From contig CAWAKC010000003.1 of assembly GCA_963782525.1 (NCBI GenBank), positions 96,001 through 160,000 of the forward strand: a stretch of 64,000 nucleotides of DNA, written 5' to 3'. Origin of the DNA: Candidatus Bathyarchaeota archaeon (lineage in GTDB: Archaea; Thermoproteota; Bathyarchaeia; Bathyarchaeales; Bathycorpusculaceae). Shown piece by piece: positions 28,951 through 39,942 of this stretch (position 1 is the stretch's first letter; the number at the start of each line of letters is the position of its first letter). The notes under the pieces are model-generated. The model made no database searches. It was not told the origin of the DNA and saw only the letters and a program-made list of their open reading frames with translations. The translations under genes and the position numbers were made by a program.

Positions 28951-29295
28951 TTATTCGTTTGCAGGCGGAGCAACCGGTGGGCTTTCAAGCATCTCGTCAA
29001 CGATTGATTCTTTTCGTATATACTGTGTCATCTCTTTGCCTAAATCTGTCAAGTAAAACAGTTCGTAGCGTTTTCGTCCATCTCTGGTAATCTTGATTTC
29101 TGCACGAAAAAGTTTAGCATCAGTCAACAACTCGCAGTTTCTTATATCAACGGATGGAACAGGAGTACCTAAGCTCATATCCAAATAACTGAGGTATTGG
29201 TCTTGGTTGTCTAAGGCCGCTAAAAGATATTTTTTAAAGACGCTTGTTTGTTCTTGAATGTATTTACAAATATATTCTTCAAATTTTTGAGTCAT
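28951..29295 (-). CDS. Hypothetical protein, possible winged helix
   Basis: 114 aa; FYLTDLGKE wing motif; GGTGA RBS. Confidence 0.6.
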   Translation of the reverse strand: MTQKFEEYICKYIQEQTSVFKKYLLAALDNQDQYLSYLDMSLGTPVPSVDIRNCELLTDAKLFRAEIKITRDGRKRYELFYLTDLGKEMTQYIRKESIVDEMLESPPVAPPANE

Positions 29296-29457
29296 TAAAC
29301 TTCACCTAAAAATTAGTTACTCTAAATTTAGTAAGCGATAGGATTTAATTTTCCCTGCCGCTGGTTTGTTTGGTTAAACTGCCGTAGCTTAATGCTTCTT
29401 CCGCAGTATATTTTTACTCCGCCACACATTCAACTAACCTTACTGAGATGCACCCGC

Positions 29458-30552
29458 TTGAAGATTATCGAAAAAAACCTGCAGCAAGGCTTCGTTAAAG
29501 TAGTTCCTGATTCGCCTGATGACCTTTGGCACTTATACAACGTCATCTACAAGAACGATGAGGTTTACGCTTATAGTAGTCGAGCTATAAAAAGCGACAC
29601 TGAAACCTCGCGTCCCAAAAGCGCCGAGCGAGTTTCAGCGTTCATGGGGGTAAAGGTTGAATCTGTTGGTTGGGACAAGTTCTTGGGAAAACTGCGGGTT
29701 CACGGTTTGATTTGTCATGCTCCCGACATAATTCCCACAGGAGCCCATCATACTCTTAGCATAGCGCTCAATCAGCCAATGACAATAGTGAAGAAAGAAT
29801 GGCCCAAACATCTCTTAGACAGGTTAACGAAGGCAAGCGAAACCGAAAAACCCATCTTAATACTCTCCATCGACGACGAAGGATTCGCCATAGCCGAAAC
29901 CAAACAGTATGGCGTCGAAACCCGCGTTGACCAACGTATGCGGCTCCCTGGAAAAGTCGAAGCTGACAAACGGGTGGAAGCCACAAAAGCGTATTTCCGA
30001 CTTGCACTCACCAGTCTAAACAAACTCTGGTCTCAAAAACGCAGTCCTATAGTTATAATTGGTGCAGGCTACGTTAAAACGGACTTCGTAAAATATCTCA
30101 ACGAAGAATCCAAAGAAATGGCTAAGGCAGTCGTGGATGTTAAAAGCGTCAACAATGGCGGTACAGCAGGAATCGACGAAGCGCTGCGTTCGGGTGTTTT
30201 ATTGAAGGCTGCGCATCAACTGCGAGTTGTAGATGAAACGGAAACGATGGAGGAAGTCATGAAGCGCTTGGGCAAAGGCGAAGGTACCGTCATGTATGGT
30301 TTGGATGCGGTGGAGAATGCTGTTATGATGGGTGCAGTTGAGAAACTGGTGGTTGCAGATACTAAGCTCAGGGATGCAGATGAGGCGCAACGGCTTAAAC
30401 TCGAAGACCTTATGCATCAAGTTGAAAAACGCAATGCACCTATAACGGTGGTTAGTACAGAGCATGAAGCTGGGGCCAAACTCCTTTCACTAGGCGGAAT
30501 CGTTGCTTTGTTAAGATTCCCACTCTACAGGGATGCATTGAGTCAAAACTAA
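29458..30552 (+). CDS. pelA: mRNA surveillance protein pelota/Dom34
   Basis: PDSPDDLWHLYNVI, GAHHTL, LGGIVALLRF; TTG start at 29458 inferred. Confidence 0.93.
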   Translation: MKIIEKNLQQGFVKVVPDSPDDLWHLYNVIYKNDEVYAYSSRAIKSDTETSRPKSAERVSAFMGVKVESVGWDKFLGKLRVHGLICHAPDIIPTGAHHTLSIALNQPMTIVKKEWPKHLLDRLTKASETEKPILILSIDDEGFAIAETKQYGVETRVDQRMRLPGKVEADKRVEATKAYFRLALTSLNKLWSQKRSPIVIIGAGYVKTDFVKYLNEESKEMAKAVVDVKSVNNGGTAGIDEALRSGVLLKAAHQLRVVDETETMEEVMKRLGKGEGTVMYGLDAVENAVMMGAVEKLVVADTKLRDADEAQRLKLEDLMHQVEKRNAPITVVSTEHEAGAKLLSLGGIVALLRFPLYRDALSQN

Positions 30553-30578
30553 GCGCACTCGTGAGTGTATCATAAAAT

Positions 30579-31445
30579 TCAATCGATTTTTCTTTTTGCT
30601 AAACTAGCTATGATAAAATTAAGAGGCTTAGATTGCCCTATCAGCCATTTGCTTTCAAAATAACTTTGCATCACTAACAAAAAGCTATGATTGTTTGACC
30701 ATAAGGTAGATGGGTCTGTCTGGTCTGCTGAGATTGAAAAAGTAGTAAAAGTCTCTTTCTGGTCAAAAATTGAAACAATGGCGTCTACGCTTGTTTGAGG
30801 CGGAAGAAATCTCACTTTGAAGCAAGGATTTTCACTTAGTTTTTTAATTATAATTGATGCTTCTTTTGATAGTTGATGGTCTTCCGTAACTATACGAATT
30901 TTTACTCCACGCTTCAATGCGTTTTCGTACCAATTTGCGAAAGCAATTGTAGCCAAAGAAAACCTGTTCTTTGAAGTAACTACATCCAGACTCTTTTCCG
31001 AATTGTCAAGTGTCATTCTTAACCTGTTAATTGTGATAGTTTTTCCAGGAATTATGATGAATCGATTTTCGTTTAAGGGGAATTCCTTGTTGCAATGTGT
31101 TTTAGATTGTTGCTCTAAGTCTTTCGCAATTGTTTTTCCCGTATTTTTTAGCTCTAAGAATCGTGTTTTTTTGTGTTCGATAAGCATGTCTACTGCTTCT
31201 TGTGGTGGGGTGGCTTTGTATTTTATAGGTGAGTTAATTTCTTTTTCGATTAAACCTTTAGTGCTTAGTGAATCTATTATTTTGTATAAATTTGGTCGTT
31301 GAATCTCTGTTTCTTTTGAGATGATTCCTATTTGAGATGGGCCAATTTTAATTAGAGTTAAATAGACTTTTGTTTCTGTGGTAGTCAATCCCATGTTTAA
31401 AAAGAACTGTTTTTCTTTTTCTGAAATTATGGGATCGTTAAGCAT
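30579..31445 (-). CDS. TrmB-family transcriptional regulator
   Basis: GLTTTETKVYLTL...RPNLYKIIDSLSTKGLIE HTH plus effector domain (KRGVKIRIVT). Confidence 0.88.
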   Translation of the reverse strand: MLNDPIISEKEKQFFLNMGLTTTETKVYLTLIKIGPSQIGIISKETEIQRPNLYKIIDSLSTKGLIEKEINSPIKYKATPPQEAVDMLIEHKKTRFLELKNTGKTIAKDLEQQSKTHCNKEFPLNENRFIIIPGKTITINRLRMTLDNSEKSLDVVTSKNRFSLATIAFANWYENALKRGVKIRIVTEDHQLSKEASIIIKKLSENPCFKVRFLPPQTSVDAIVSIFDQKETFTTFSISADQTDPSTLWSNNHSFLLVMQSYFESKWLIGQSKPLNFIIASLAKRKID

Positions 31446-31650
31446 GGTTGTTTCTTCCTATAAGTTTATTTTTCTTTATCTTTAGAAACTGAATGTTTTT
31501 TATTTTATGAAAATATAAGATTTTGCCTATTCTAAGAAATGCAATTGTTAGACGGAAACAACAACTGCCGAATATGTATGTCTTATACATATCACTCGTT
31601 TAATAGCCATGTTTGAGTAAGGATACCATAAAATTTTAGGAGATAAGAAA

Positions 31651-34089
31651 ATGTCTTTAAAAAACCCAAATACTAAAAGAAAACAAGCGATAATCACAAT
31701 TGCTTTAATTGCACTTTTGACGACTTCTATTTTCATGGCGACAATATCAACCGCTTCAGCATATGACCGCCCAACCTATGCATTTATCAGCGCCGCACCA
31801 AGTCCAATCGGCCTTGGTCAAACAGCAGCAATCGTCATGTGGCTTGATACTTTGCCACCCGTTTATTCTAACGGGACTGAAACATACTGGTATAACTTCA
31901 TGTTGACCATTAAAACTCCAAGTGGAGAAACCGAGACCAAAGGGCCCTTCACCTCAGACGCAGTTGCCTCAGCATATTACCCCTACACTCCAACAGAATT
32001 AGGCAACTACACATTCTCATTTAACTTCCCCGGACAAGACCAAATTGATGGCGCTCACTACACTGCATCCACCAGCCCAACAGCAATATTGACTGTCCAA
32101 CAAGAACCAATAGCCGCATTTATCCCCGCTCCTTTACCCACTGATTACTGGGCACGACCAATTTACGGAGAAAACAGAGAATGGGCCCAAATAGGCGGAA
32201 ATTGGCTAGGAGTAACCATGCTTTACGGAACAGGCGCTAGTTCTGACGGGGCGTTTAACCCCTACACAACTGCACCTGAAAGCGCTCACGTAATTTGGAA
32301 CAAACCAATAGCCTTCGGCGGGATCGTTGGAGGCGCAGATTCCATCGCGTACTACACTGGCTTATCATATGAAGGCAGATGGACACCACCAATCGTCATA
32401 AACGGTGTCGTATACTATAACCTACCAAACGGCAACGGCGGTACAGGCGGCGGAGCAAACGCAGTAGACCTTCGCACCGGACAAGTACTCTGGTGGCAAA
32501 ACATTACCCTATCAGTCGGCCAAGTCTTTGACTATGAATCGCCAAACCAACACGGCGCATACGCATACCTATGGCAGACTGGCGCAACCTACCGCATGTA
32601 CGATCCTTTCACAGGAAACCTGCTTTTGACACTTGCTAACGCCTCAAATGGCAGAATAACATTTGACTCGCAAGGCGACATGCTTGTCTACATACTTAAC
32701 ACAAGATATGGCTGGTTTGCAATGTGGAACTCAAGCTATGCATCTTACAACTATCCAGGAACAACTGGAACCAACGCTTGGCAATGGAGACCCCCACTAG
32801 GAACGACACAAGACTGGAACAAAGGCATACAGTGGAACGTAACCATTCCAAAGGTCCCGCTGATGTCAGCTACCGCAAGCCTCAGCGCAGCAACAATCGG
32901 TCAGAACGTTTTGGTTGCGTCGGGTCAAGCAGACAACACAACTATAACCGCTGGCGGCTATGACTTGACAACTGGACAGCAATTGTGGCTGATCAATATC
33001 ACGAGCAACGCAGCTGTACGACCAAATTACTTCATTGTTCCAAACAGCAACGGTAACTTCTACTTCTTTAAGCAGGAAACAATGCAATTCTACGCTTACA
33101 ACATTAAAACTGGCGCACTCGTCTGGGGACCCACAGAGCCATACGACAACGCTTGGGGCATGTACACATCAAGCACAAACGGCTTAGGCGCTTCAAACCC
33201 CATGGCTGCCTATGGTATTCTCTACACGGTAGCCTACGACGGAAAACTCCATGCATACAACGCCACAACCGGTGAGCACCTCTGGGATTTCAGTACAGGC
33301 AGTGCAGGATTTGAAACACCATACGGAACCTATCCAGTTGGCGGTGGAGAATTCTCTATAGCTGACGGAAAAGTCTACATTTGTACAGGCGAACACAGTC
33401 CTAACGATCCAATGTGGCGTGGCGGAAGAATCTTCGCTGTTGACGCTTACACTGGTCAAGGCATTTGGAATTTGACCGGCTGGTGGCAGAGACCAGTGAT
33501 AGCAGACGGATACATTGCAGCATTCAACAACTATGACAGCTCAGTTTACGGCTTAGGCAAAGGACAAACATCTACTTCAGTAGAAGCACCAATGACAGCG
33601 GTTACAGTAGGTTCAAAGATGGTGATTCAAGGAAGTGTTCTTGACCAATCTCCGGGCGCCCCTAATACACCTGCAATTTCGGACAACGACATGACACAAT
33701 GGATGGAATACCTCTACATGCAACAGGTAAAGCCCGCCGATGCTGTCGGAGTTCCAGTTTCAATCGATGCAATCGACCCTAACAGCAACAATGTTCACCT
33801 CGGAGACGCAACAAGCGATGCAAGCGGCCACTTCGCCTTCACATGGGACACTCCCAACGTACCCGGTCAATACACAATCATAGCTCACTTTATGGGAAGT
33901 AAATCCTACTTCGGTTCATCCTCAGAAGCAACCACATACGTTTCAGAAGCAGCACCAACCCCATCGCCAGCCCCAGTTACAGCTGCGCCACAAACTGACA
34001 TGTACTTAGCCCTCGGAGTAGTCGCAATCATAATTGCAATAGCGATTGTCGGCGCTCTGATACTAATGTCTGTTAGAAAGCGAGCATAA
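31651..34089 (+). CDS. Secreted PQQ-binding-like beta-propeller protein with C-terminal membrane anchor
   Basis: Signal peptide, repeated A.D..TG...W motifs, YWARPI, EHSP, WMEYLY, TM plus RKR tail. Confidence 0.85.
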   Translation: MSLKNPNTKRKQAIITIALIALLTTSIFMATISTASAYDRPTYAFISAAPSPIGLGQTAAIVMWLDTLPPVYSNGTETYWYNFMLTIKTPSGETETKGPFTSDAVASAYYPYTPTELGNYTFSFNFPGQDQIDGAHYTASTSPTAILTVQQEPIAAFIPAPLPTDYWARPIYGENREWAQIGGNWLGVTMLYGTGASSDGAFNPYTTAPESAHVIWNKPIAFGGIVGGADSIAYYTGLSYEGRWTPPIVINGVVYYNLPNGNGGTGGGANAVDLRTGQVLWWQNITLSVGQVFDYESPNQHGAYAYLWQTGATYRMYDPFTGNLLLTLANASNGRITFDSQGDMLVYILNTRYGWFAMWNSSYASYNYPGTTGTNAWQWRPPLGTTQDWNKGIQWNVTIPKVPLMSATASLSAATIGQNVLVASGQADNTTITAGGYDLTTGQQLWLINITSNAAVRPNYFIVPNSNGNFYFFKQETMQFYAYNIKTGALVWGPTEPYDNAWGMYTSSTNGLGASNPMAAYGILYTVAYDGKLHAYNATTGEHLWDFSTGSAGFETPYGTYPVGGGEFSIADGKVYICTGEHSPNDPMWRGGRIFAVDAYTGQGIWNLTGWWQRPVIADGYIAAFNNYDSSVYGLGKGQTSTSVEAPMTAVTVGSKMVIQGSVLDQSPGAPNTPAISDNDMTQWMEYLYMQQVKPADAVGVPVSIDAIDPNSNNVHLGDATSDASGHFAFTWDTPNVPGQYTIIAHFMGSKSYFGSSSEATTYVSEAAPTPSPAPVTAAPQTDMYLALGVVAIIIAIAIVGALILMSVRKRA

Positions 34090-34407
34090 AAACCACAATC
34101 AATCATTTCCTTTTTTTTATTTTTTTTCCTTTTGACGACTTTTTTAGCACAAAATAGGATTTTTGCATACCGATTTACCGAAACAAACATGTATTTGTCG
34201 AACAAAACTAATGCATTTCCCTAATCAGTATCTCATTTTCTTGATTAGCGCTCTAATTATGTGTGCTTTAGATTTATCAAAATAAGATTCCACTTGTATG
34301 GAACAAAAAAACAAGTCAACACTAATTTGTATTACTCACGATAAGTGAGGTTAACTTATTAATTATTACAGTTGAGTTTGGAATCACAAACTTAGGAGAA
34401 AAAGAAA

Positions 34408-36966
34408 ATGACAATTGTTAAAAACAAGACTCAAGCAACTCTGATCTCTTTGTTTCTAATACTAACTATGACTGCTATGTCTGTATTCATCGCTTTTCCA
34501 TCTACTAATGCACATATTCCAGCATGGAAGATTCCAACATATTCCTATATCACCGCTTCTCCCGCTACTGTAGGCGTTGGTCAAACCGTGACTATTGCAT
34601 TTTGGCTCGACAAGCTTCCTCCGACCGCAGCAGGCTTCGCAGGGGACAGATGGCGAAATCTGAAAGTAGAAATTACCCACCCAGATGGAACAAAATCAAC
34701 TTTGGGAACATACGATTCTGACCCAGTCGGTTGTGGCTACGATGTTTTCACACCAACAACTTCAGGCACATACACTTTCTTTTTCAGCTTCCCAGGGCAA
34801 ACTCTCTCCCTTTACGGGCCAACAGGTATCCTTGGCAGCGCTAGTGATTATGTTAACGACACTTATCTACCCAGCGATGCAACAACAACCATTACTGTGC
34901 AAGACCAATCCATAGCTTTGCCACCCAATTATCCTTTGCCTGAGGAGTACTGGGCTCGCCCAATAGAAGGACAAAACAACGGCTGGTATCTAATCTCATC
35001 GAACTGGCTGTCTGGAGCTCACGAAATCCAGAAAGTTCAGACAGACGGCACTGCGCCAAACAGTGCCCATATTATGTGGACAAGACCGCTTAGGGATGGT
35101 GGAGTTGTCGGTGGAACAAACACCAGAGAAAACGGCACTACGTACTATGATGGCACAGAGTATGAAATGCAATTCATAAACCCACTGATAATCTACGGCA
35201 GACTATACTATACTCTACCTTTAGGCAGCACAGCAGGAAACGGCGGATACATGTGTGTTGATCTTCGAACTGGCGAAACTGTGTGGTCAAGTAACATTAT
35301 TGGTACCTCCGCTGCTACCGCACCTACATTTGGGCAACTCTATGCTTATGATTCAATGAACCAACATGGCGTAGTCCCCAACGGCTACCTTTGGACCGCC
35401 AACTTCGCCAACGCTTACGATCCTTTGACCGGCGCATTACTCTTCAACCTGACTAGTGTCCCAACAGGGACTGAAGTATACGGTCCCAACGGCGAAATCA
35501 TCCGATACGTACTCAACCAAGCGGGCAATTGGTTAGCTCTATGGAACAACACTGCAGGACATGCCCTAACCGGGTCAACGACAACAACGGACTTTACCTC
35601 TACAAGTTACAATCAATGGCGTCCCATAGGTAAAAGCGTCAACATGAGCGATGCATACTCATGGAATGTAACAATACCCGCCCTGCCAGCAGGCTCAGCT
35701 ATTCGTCAAGCACTCTACAATGACATATTACTTCTCAGTAACGGTAGCTTCGGAGGAGTCAGCGAAACCAATTCGGGATATACTATGTCAGCGATAAGCC
35801 TAAAGCCAGAATCGCGAGGAACCCTACTTTGGACTAAAGCTTATGCAGCACCACCAGGAAACGTTACACGAAGTTTCCGGTTCATTGATCCAGTAAACCG
35901 CGTCTTCATATTCTGGGACAAAGAAACAATCAGCTACACAGCCTACAGCCTTGACGATGGAAGCTATCGGTGGACAACACCGTCTGAAAATCCATGGAAC
36001 CTCTATGCAGGAGGCGGCGGCGCTCTTTGGACGCAAACAACAGCTTACGGCAGACTCTACTCAACAGGCTACTCTGGCATAGTCTATTGCTACGATACTA
36101 AGACTGGCAATCAACTATGGAACTACAGCACTGCTTTGATGGCTGGATTCTCTACACCATATGGCGGTTATCCATTAGGTGTTGCAGCATTAGCCGATGG
36201 AAAACTCTATCTACACACCAACGAGCACTCTTCCGGAGCACCATACTGGAAAGGTTCACCACTAATTTGCTTGAACGCTACAACTGGCGAACAAATATGG
36301 ACAATACCCTTCCACGGATCTTCAGGCTACGTTCCTTGGGGATACGCAGTTGCGGACGGCTACTTAATAGGCCTCAACTTGTTCGACGAACAAATCTATT
36401 GTTTTGGCAAAGGTCCCACAGAAACCACCATTACTGCACCCGATCTATCCGTTGAATTAGGCAAATCTCTCACAATCAAAGGCACTGTAACTGACATATC
36501 AGCAGGCACTAACAAGGCAGAACAGGCTGCTCGTTTTCCAAACGGCGTTCCAGTAGTTTCAGATAACAGCATGAGCGATTGGATGCAATATGTTTACCAG
36601 CAAAAGCCACGTCCAACAAACACCACAGGAGTTACAGTTAACCTGCACGTGATAGACTCAAACAACAACTTCAGGGATATAGGAACTGCTATGACCAACG
36701 ACGACGGCTTCTTCTCTTTAAACTGGAAACCCGACGTAGCAGGTAAATACACAGTATACGCAACATTTGCGGGTAGCGAATCGTACTGGCCTTCCCATGC
36801 AGTAACAGCTTTCTCCGTTGACGACGCAGTACCTACACCATCAGCAGTTCCAGTAACGGTTTTGCCACCTACTGAAATGTACATAGCTGCAGGAGTAGTC
36901 GCAATTATAGTTGCTATCGTCTTAGTCGGCGCTCTAATGCTAGTATCTCTTAGAAAACGACTGTAA
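34408..36966 (+). CDS. Secreted PQQ-binding-like beta-propeller protein (paralog)
   Basis: Same architecture and motifs as 31651-34089. Confidence 0.85.
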   Translation: MTIVKNKTQATLISLFLILTMTAMSVFIAFPSTNAHIPAWKIPTYSYITASPATVGVGQTVTIAFWLDKLPPTAAGFAGDRWRNLKVEITHPDGTKSTLGTYDSDPVGCGYDVFTPTTSGTYTFFFSFPGQTLSLYGPTGILGSASDYVNDTYLPSDATTTITVQDQSIALPPNYPLPEEYWARPIEGQNNGWYLISSNWLSGAHEIQKVQTDGTAPNSAHIMWTRPLRDGGVVGGTNTRENGTTYYDGTEYEMQFINPLIIYGRLYYTLPLGSTAGNGGYMCVDLRTGETVWSSNIIGTSAATAPTFGQLYAYDSMNQHGVVPNGYLWTANFANAYDPLTGALLFNLTSVPTGTEVYGPNGEIIRYVLNQAGNWLALWNNTAGHALTGSTTTTDFTSTSYNQWRPIGKSVNMSDAYSWNVTIPALPAGSAIRQALYNDILLLSNGSFGGVSETNSGYTMSAISLKPESRGTLLWTKAYAAPPGNVTRSFRFIDPVNRVFIFWDKETISYTAYSLDDGSYRWTTPSENPWNLYAGGGGALWTQTTAYGRLYSTGYSGIVYCYDTKTGNQLWNYSTALMAGFSTPYGGYPLGVAALADGKLYLHTNEHSSGAPYWKGSPLICLNATTGEQIWTIPFHGSSGYVPWGYAVADGYLIGLNLFDEQIYCFGKGPTETTITAPDLSVELGKSLTIKGTVTDISAGTNKAEQAARFPNGVPVVSDNSMSDWMQYVYQQKPRPTNTTGVTVNLHVIDSNNNFRDIGTAMTNDDGFFSLNWKPDVAGKYTVYATFAGSESYWPSHAVTAFSVDDAVPTPSAVPVTVLPPTEMYIAAGVVAIIVAIVLVGALMLVSLRKRL

Positions 36967-37362
36967 AACTATTAAAAACAAAAATCAATTCCTTTTTCTT
37001 TTTTTAGGTAAAACCTATTAATCATTCAAATTAATCGATCATCTTGAGATGTTATTTGAACGGTTTATTTGTCCTATTTGCGGTAGAGAATTCAGGGATC
37101 CAAAAGAGCTAAGAGAGCACCGAATGGCAGAGCATAAGGGGCAGTCAAGAAAGAATCCGCCTCCTTAGCGTGAAATGGTTAAGTGTTATGACTACCTAAT
37201 GGGGTACTGTTTTGTAAACAAAAGAGCATTTAGCAAGACTTGTTGCAACCGCTTCCATTTTTGTTTCGCCGGCATTTATGATTATCTGCGTTTTGTTGAG
37301 ACCCTTTATATAGATGCTTTATATACCCCCTGTTCCATTTAAATACTCAACCGTGAGTTGAC

Positions 37363-37926
37363 ATGAGTAAAAGAAAACCCATCATTAAGATCCAAAACAT
37401 TGTAGCCTCAGTCTCTCTTAACCAAAAAATTGACTTACAAAAAATCGTTGAAAAATTCCCACAAACCGAATACAACCCCAGCGTATTCCCAGGGCTTGTT
37501 TTCAGATTAAAAAAACCCAAAACCGCAACACTGATTTTCGGCACAGGCAAAATGGTCTGTACAGGCGCTAAATCAGAAAAAGAATCACGGAGCGCAGTAG
37601 AAAAAGTCGTTAAAGAACTTCGTGGTGAAGGCATCCAAATCACAGAAAAACCAATTGTTAACATCCAGAACATCGTGGCCTCGGCTGAACTTGGCGGCGA
37701 AATCGACTTAGAAAGCCTCGTTTACAAACTCAACAAAGTAATGTATGAACCTGAACAATTCCCAGGTGCAGTCTACCGAATGGATGAACCCAAAGTAGTA
37801 TTTCTCATCTTCAGCGCAGGCAAACTCGTATGCGTTGGCGCCAAGAAAGAAGAACAGGTCTACGAAGCAGTTGACAAAATACAGGCACTGCTCGAAGAAA
37901 AAGAACTCATCTACTACCCCTCTTAA
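37363..37926 (+). CDS. tbp: TATA-box-binding protein
   Basis: Two repeats: IQNIVAS...YNPSVFPGLVFR...LIFGTGKMVCTGAK and YEPEQFPG...IFSAGKLVCVGAK. Confidence 0.97.
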   Translation: MSKRKPIIKIQNIVASVSLNQKIDLQKIVEKFPQTEYNPSVFPGLVFRLKKPKTATLIFGTGKMVCTGAKSEKESRSAVEKVVKELRGEGIQITEKPIVNIQNIVASAELGGEIDLESLVYKLNKVMYEPEQFPGAVYRMDEPKVVFLIFSAGKLVCVGAKKEEQVYEAVDKIQALLEEKELIYYPS

Positions 37927-38633
37927 ACATCTTTTTTCATTCTCCGACGAACCGCAGGGTTCAGTTCGGACACCTTTTTTAATGCCAACTCAAACGTTTC
38001 GTCTGGAGATAGCTCTCTTTTTACAAAAACACCTGTTCTGCCAACTGTATCCCTCTTCGTCAAAGCATGAACCCTATCCAAAACAGTTTCAGCGGAGATA
38101 TCCAAGATTTTAGCCCCAGATTCTTCTCTGCCGATAATGCTACTTTCCACATGTCCTTTCTCAGTAGGTTCGATAAGCATAAGCCGTTTATCAACACCCG
38201 CCACACGAACGTTTGCTTTAAGTTGGTTTAGATTTACTTCGCCGCCGAAAAGGTAAAATTCCCTTTCGACACGCCGCATCTCCATAAGTGGAAACGAAAC
38301 GGTCGTGAGCTCGTCGATTTCTATGTGGGCTTTCATGGCGTAGTTTGGTGTGGCTTGGACTATTAGGCGTGTGTTTATTGGGATTTTGGCTTTTTCAAGG
38401 GCAGTTTCAACTTGGAAGCTGTTTTGCACTTCAGGGATGAAGACGTCGAGGTCGCTGCCTAATTTTACGTCTCCTCTGGCTATGCTTCCATGCGTCAGCG
38501 ACCTCAGATGAAACACATCCAGAGCCGACATAACCCAAACAGCTTTTTCTCTTAGCGCCCTAAGCTGTTCCCAGCGTGCACTGGAATACGTTACTTCTCT
38601 ATATTCTCCTTGCCTTGTGGGTTTAACAGCCAT
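37923..38633 (-). CDS. Pol-beta-fold nucleotidyltransferase (COG2413-like)
   Basis: HGSIARGDV...SDLDVF, EREFY.FGG, RV.GVDKRL, GRTGVF. Confidence 0.85.
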   Translation of the reverse strand: MAVKPTRQGEYREVTYSSARWEQLRALREKAVWVMSALDVFHLRSLTHGSIARGDVKLGSDLDVFIPEVQNSFQVETALEKAKIPINTRLIVQATPNYAMKAHIEIDELTTVSFPLMEMRRVEREFYLFGGEVNLNQLKANVRVAGVDKRLMLIEPTEKGHVESSIIGREESGAKILDISAETVLDRVHALTKRDTVGRTGVFVKRELSPDETFELALKKVSELNPAVRRRMKKDV

Positions 38634-38713
38634 CTTTACTCGCTAATTCTAACATTTAGTGTGGCATCGTTTATTTAGTTTAATTAACCATCACCTCTAA
38701 CGAAGGAAACCCG

Positions 38714-39652
38714 ATGGAATCGCCCGTCTGCAACGTATGTAAAACCAAAGAAGCATTCTTCTCCAGGCCACACTCAGGCGAGCGACTCTGCAAAAAATGC
38801 TTCACCGAATCCGTCGAGGCAAAAGTCCGCTCAACCATCACCCGCTACCACATGCTCAACTTCGACGACCATTTAGCAGTAGCGGTTTCAGGTGGCAAAG
38901 ACAGCCTTAGCATACTACACATCTTAGCGAAAGTTAAGAAGCGTAGACCAAAAACAACCCTGACCGCAGTCACCGTAGATGAAGGTATCAAAGGCTACCG
39001 TGACGAAGCCTTAGAAATTGCAGCAAAAAATTGTCAAAAACTCGAAATCTCTCACCACATCGTATCATTCAAAGAACTCTACGGTTTCTCATTGGACGAA
39101 ATAATCTGTAAGGCACGCGAAAAAGGACAAACGCAGTTAACTGCTTGCGCATACTGCGGCGTTTTGCGAAGAAAAGCCATCAACACTGGCGCACGACAAG
39201 TTAAAGCTACCAAAATCGCTACGGGTCACACTCTCGACGATGAGGTGCAGACGGTCTTGATGAATATTTTCAGAGGCGACATCACACGTTTATCAAAGGA
39301 GAAACCCATTACCAGCGAAGTTCATCCATTGTTTGTACAGAAGATTAAGCCGTTCTGTGAAATTCCCGAAAAAGAAAGTGCGCTCTACGCTTACGTTAAA
39401 AAAATTGCTTTTCAAGACACACCTTGCCCCTATGCATCTGAAGCCTTGCGAAACGACATCCGCGGAATGATTAACCGAATGGAACAGAAGCATGCAGGAA
39501 CAAAATTCACAGTATCCAAAGCCATAGAACGCCTACGACCAGCCCTTGAAATAACAAGTCAGAAGGAAAATTTCAAAACTTGCAGTGAATGCGGCGAACC
39601 CTCAGCGATGGACCTGTGCAAGGCTTGTGAGTTACTCAGGCACGTTCGTTAG
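38714..39652 (+). CDS. ncsA: tRNA 2-thiolation protein (TIGR00269, NcsA/TtuA family)
   Basis: PP-loop SGGKDS, CAYCGVLRR, GHTLDD, CPY, terminal Zn fingers. Confidence 0.85.
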   Translation: MESPVCNVCKTKEAFFSRPHSGERLCKKCFTESVEAKVRSTITRYHMLNFDDHLAVAVSGGKDSLSILHILAKVKKRRPKTTLTAVTVDEGIKGYRDEALEIAAKNCQKLEISHHIVSFKELYGFSLDEIICKAREKGQTQLTACAYCGVLRRKAINTGARQVKATKIATGHTLDDEVQTVLMNIFRGDITRLSKEKPITSEVHPLFVQKIKPFCEIPEKESALYAYVKKIAFQDTPCPYASEALRNDIRGMINRMEQKHAGTKFTVSKAIERLRPALEITSQKENFKTCSECGEPSAMDLCKACELLRHVR

Positions 39653-39854
39653 GCTTTGGGTTTTGTTTCTGTTCAGCCTTTAGTTTACGAAGCATCTCCG
39701 AAGCTTCCATGGCGCTGTTTGCAGCAGCGATTTTTCTGGCTTTCTGCAGGTTAATCTGATTGCCGCAGTAAGGGCAAACCTTGGTTTTTTGATCCTTAGC
39801 CGCCAATGTTAATCCACCACATTTAGCACATTTCACGATGAGTGTTGTACCCAT
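39636..39854 (-). CDS. Zinc-ribbon protein (DUF1922-like)
   Basis: CAKCG...KTKVCPYCG; ATG at 39854. Confidence 0.8.
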   Translation of the reverse strand: MGTTLIVKCAKCGGLTLAAKDQKTKVCPYCGNQINLQKARKIAAANSAMEASEMLRKLKAEQKQNPKPNERA

Positions 39855-39942
39855 TTGGGTTTGCTTCCGAAAGGCTTTAAGCCTCATCACCAAAACGCAT
39901 CTCCCGCATAATATCCCTTTTTCTTTTTTGGAGGTTGCTTAG

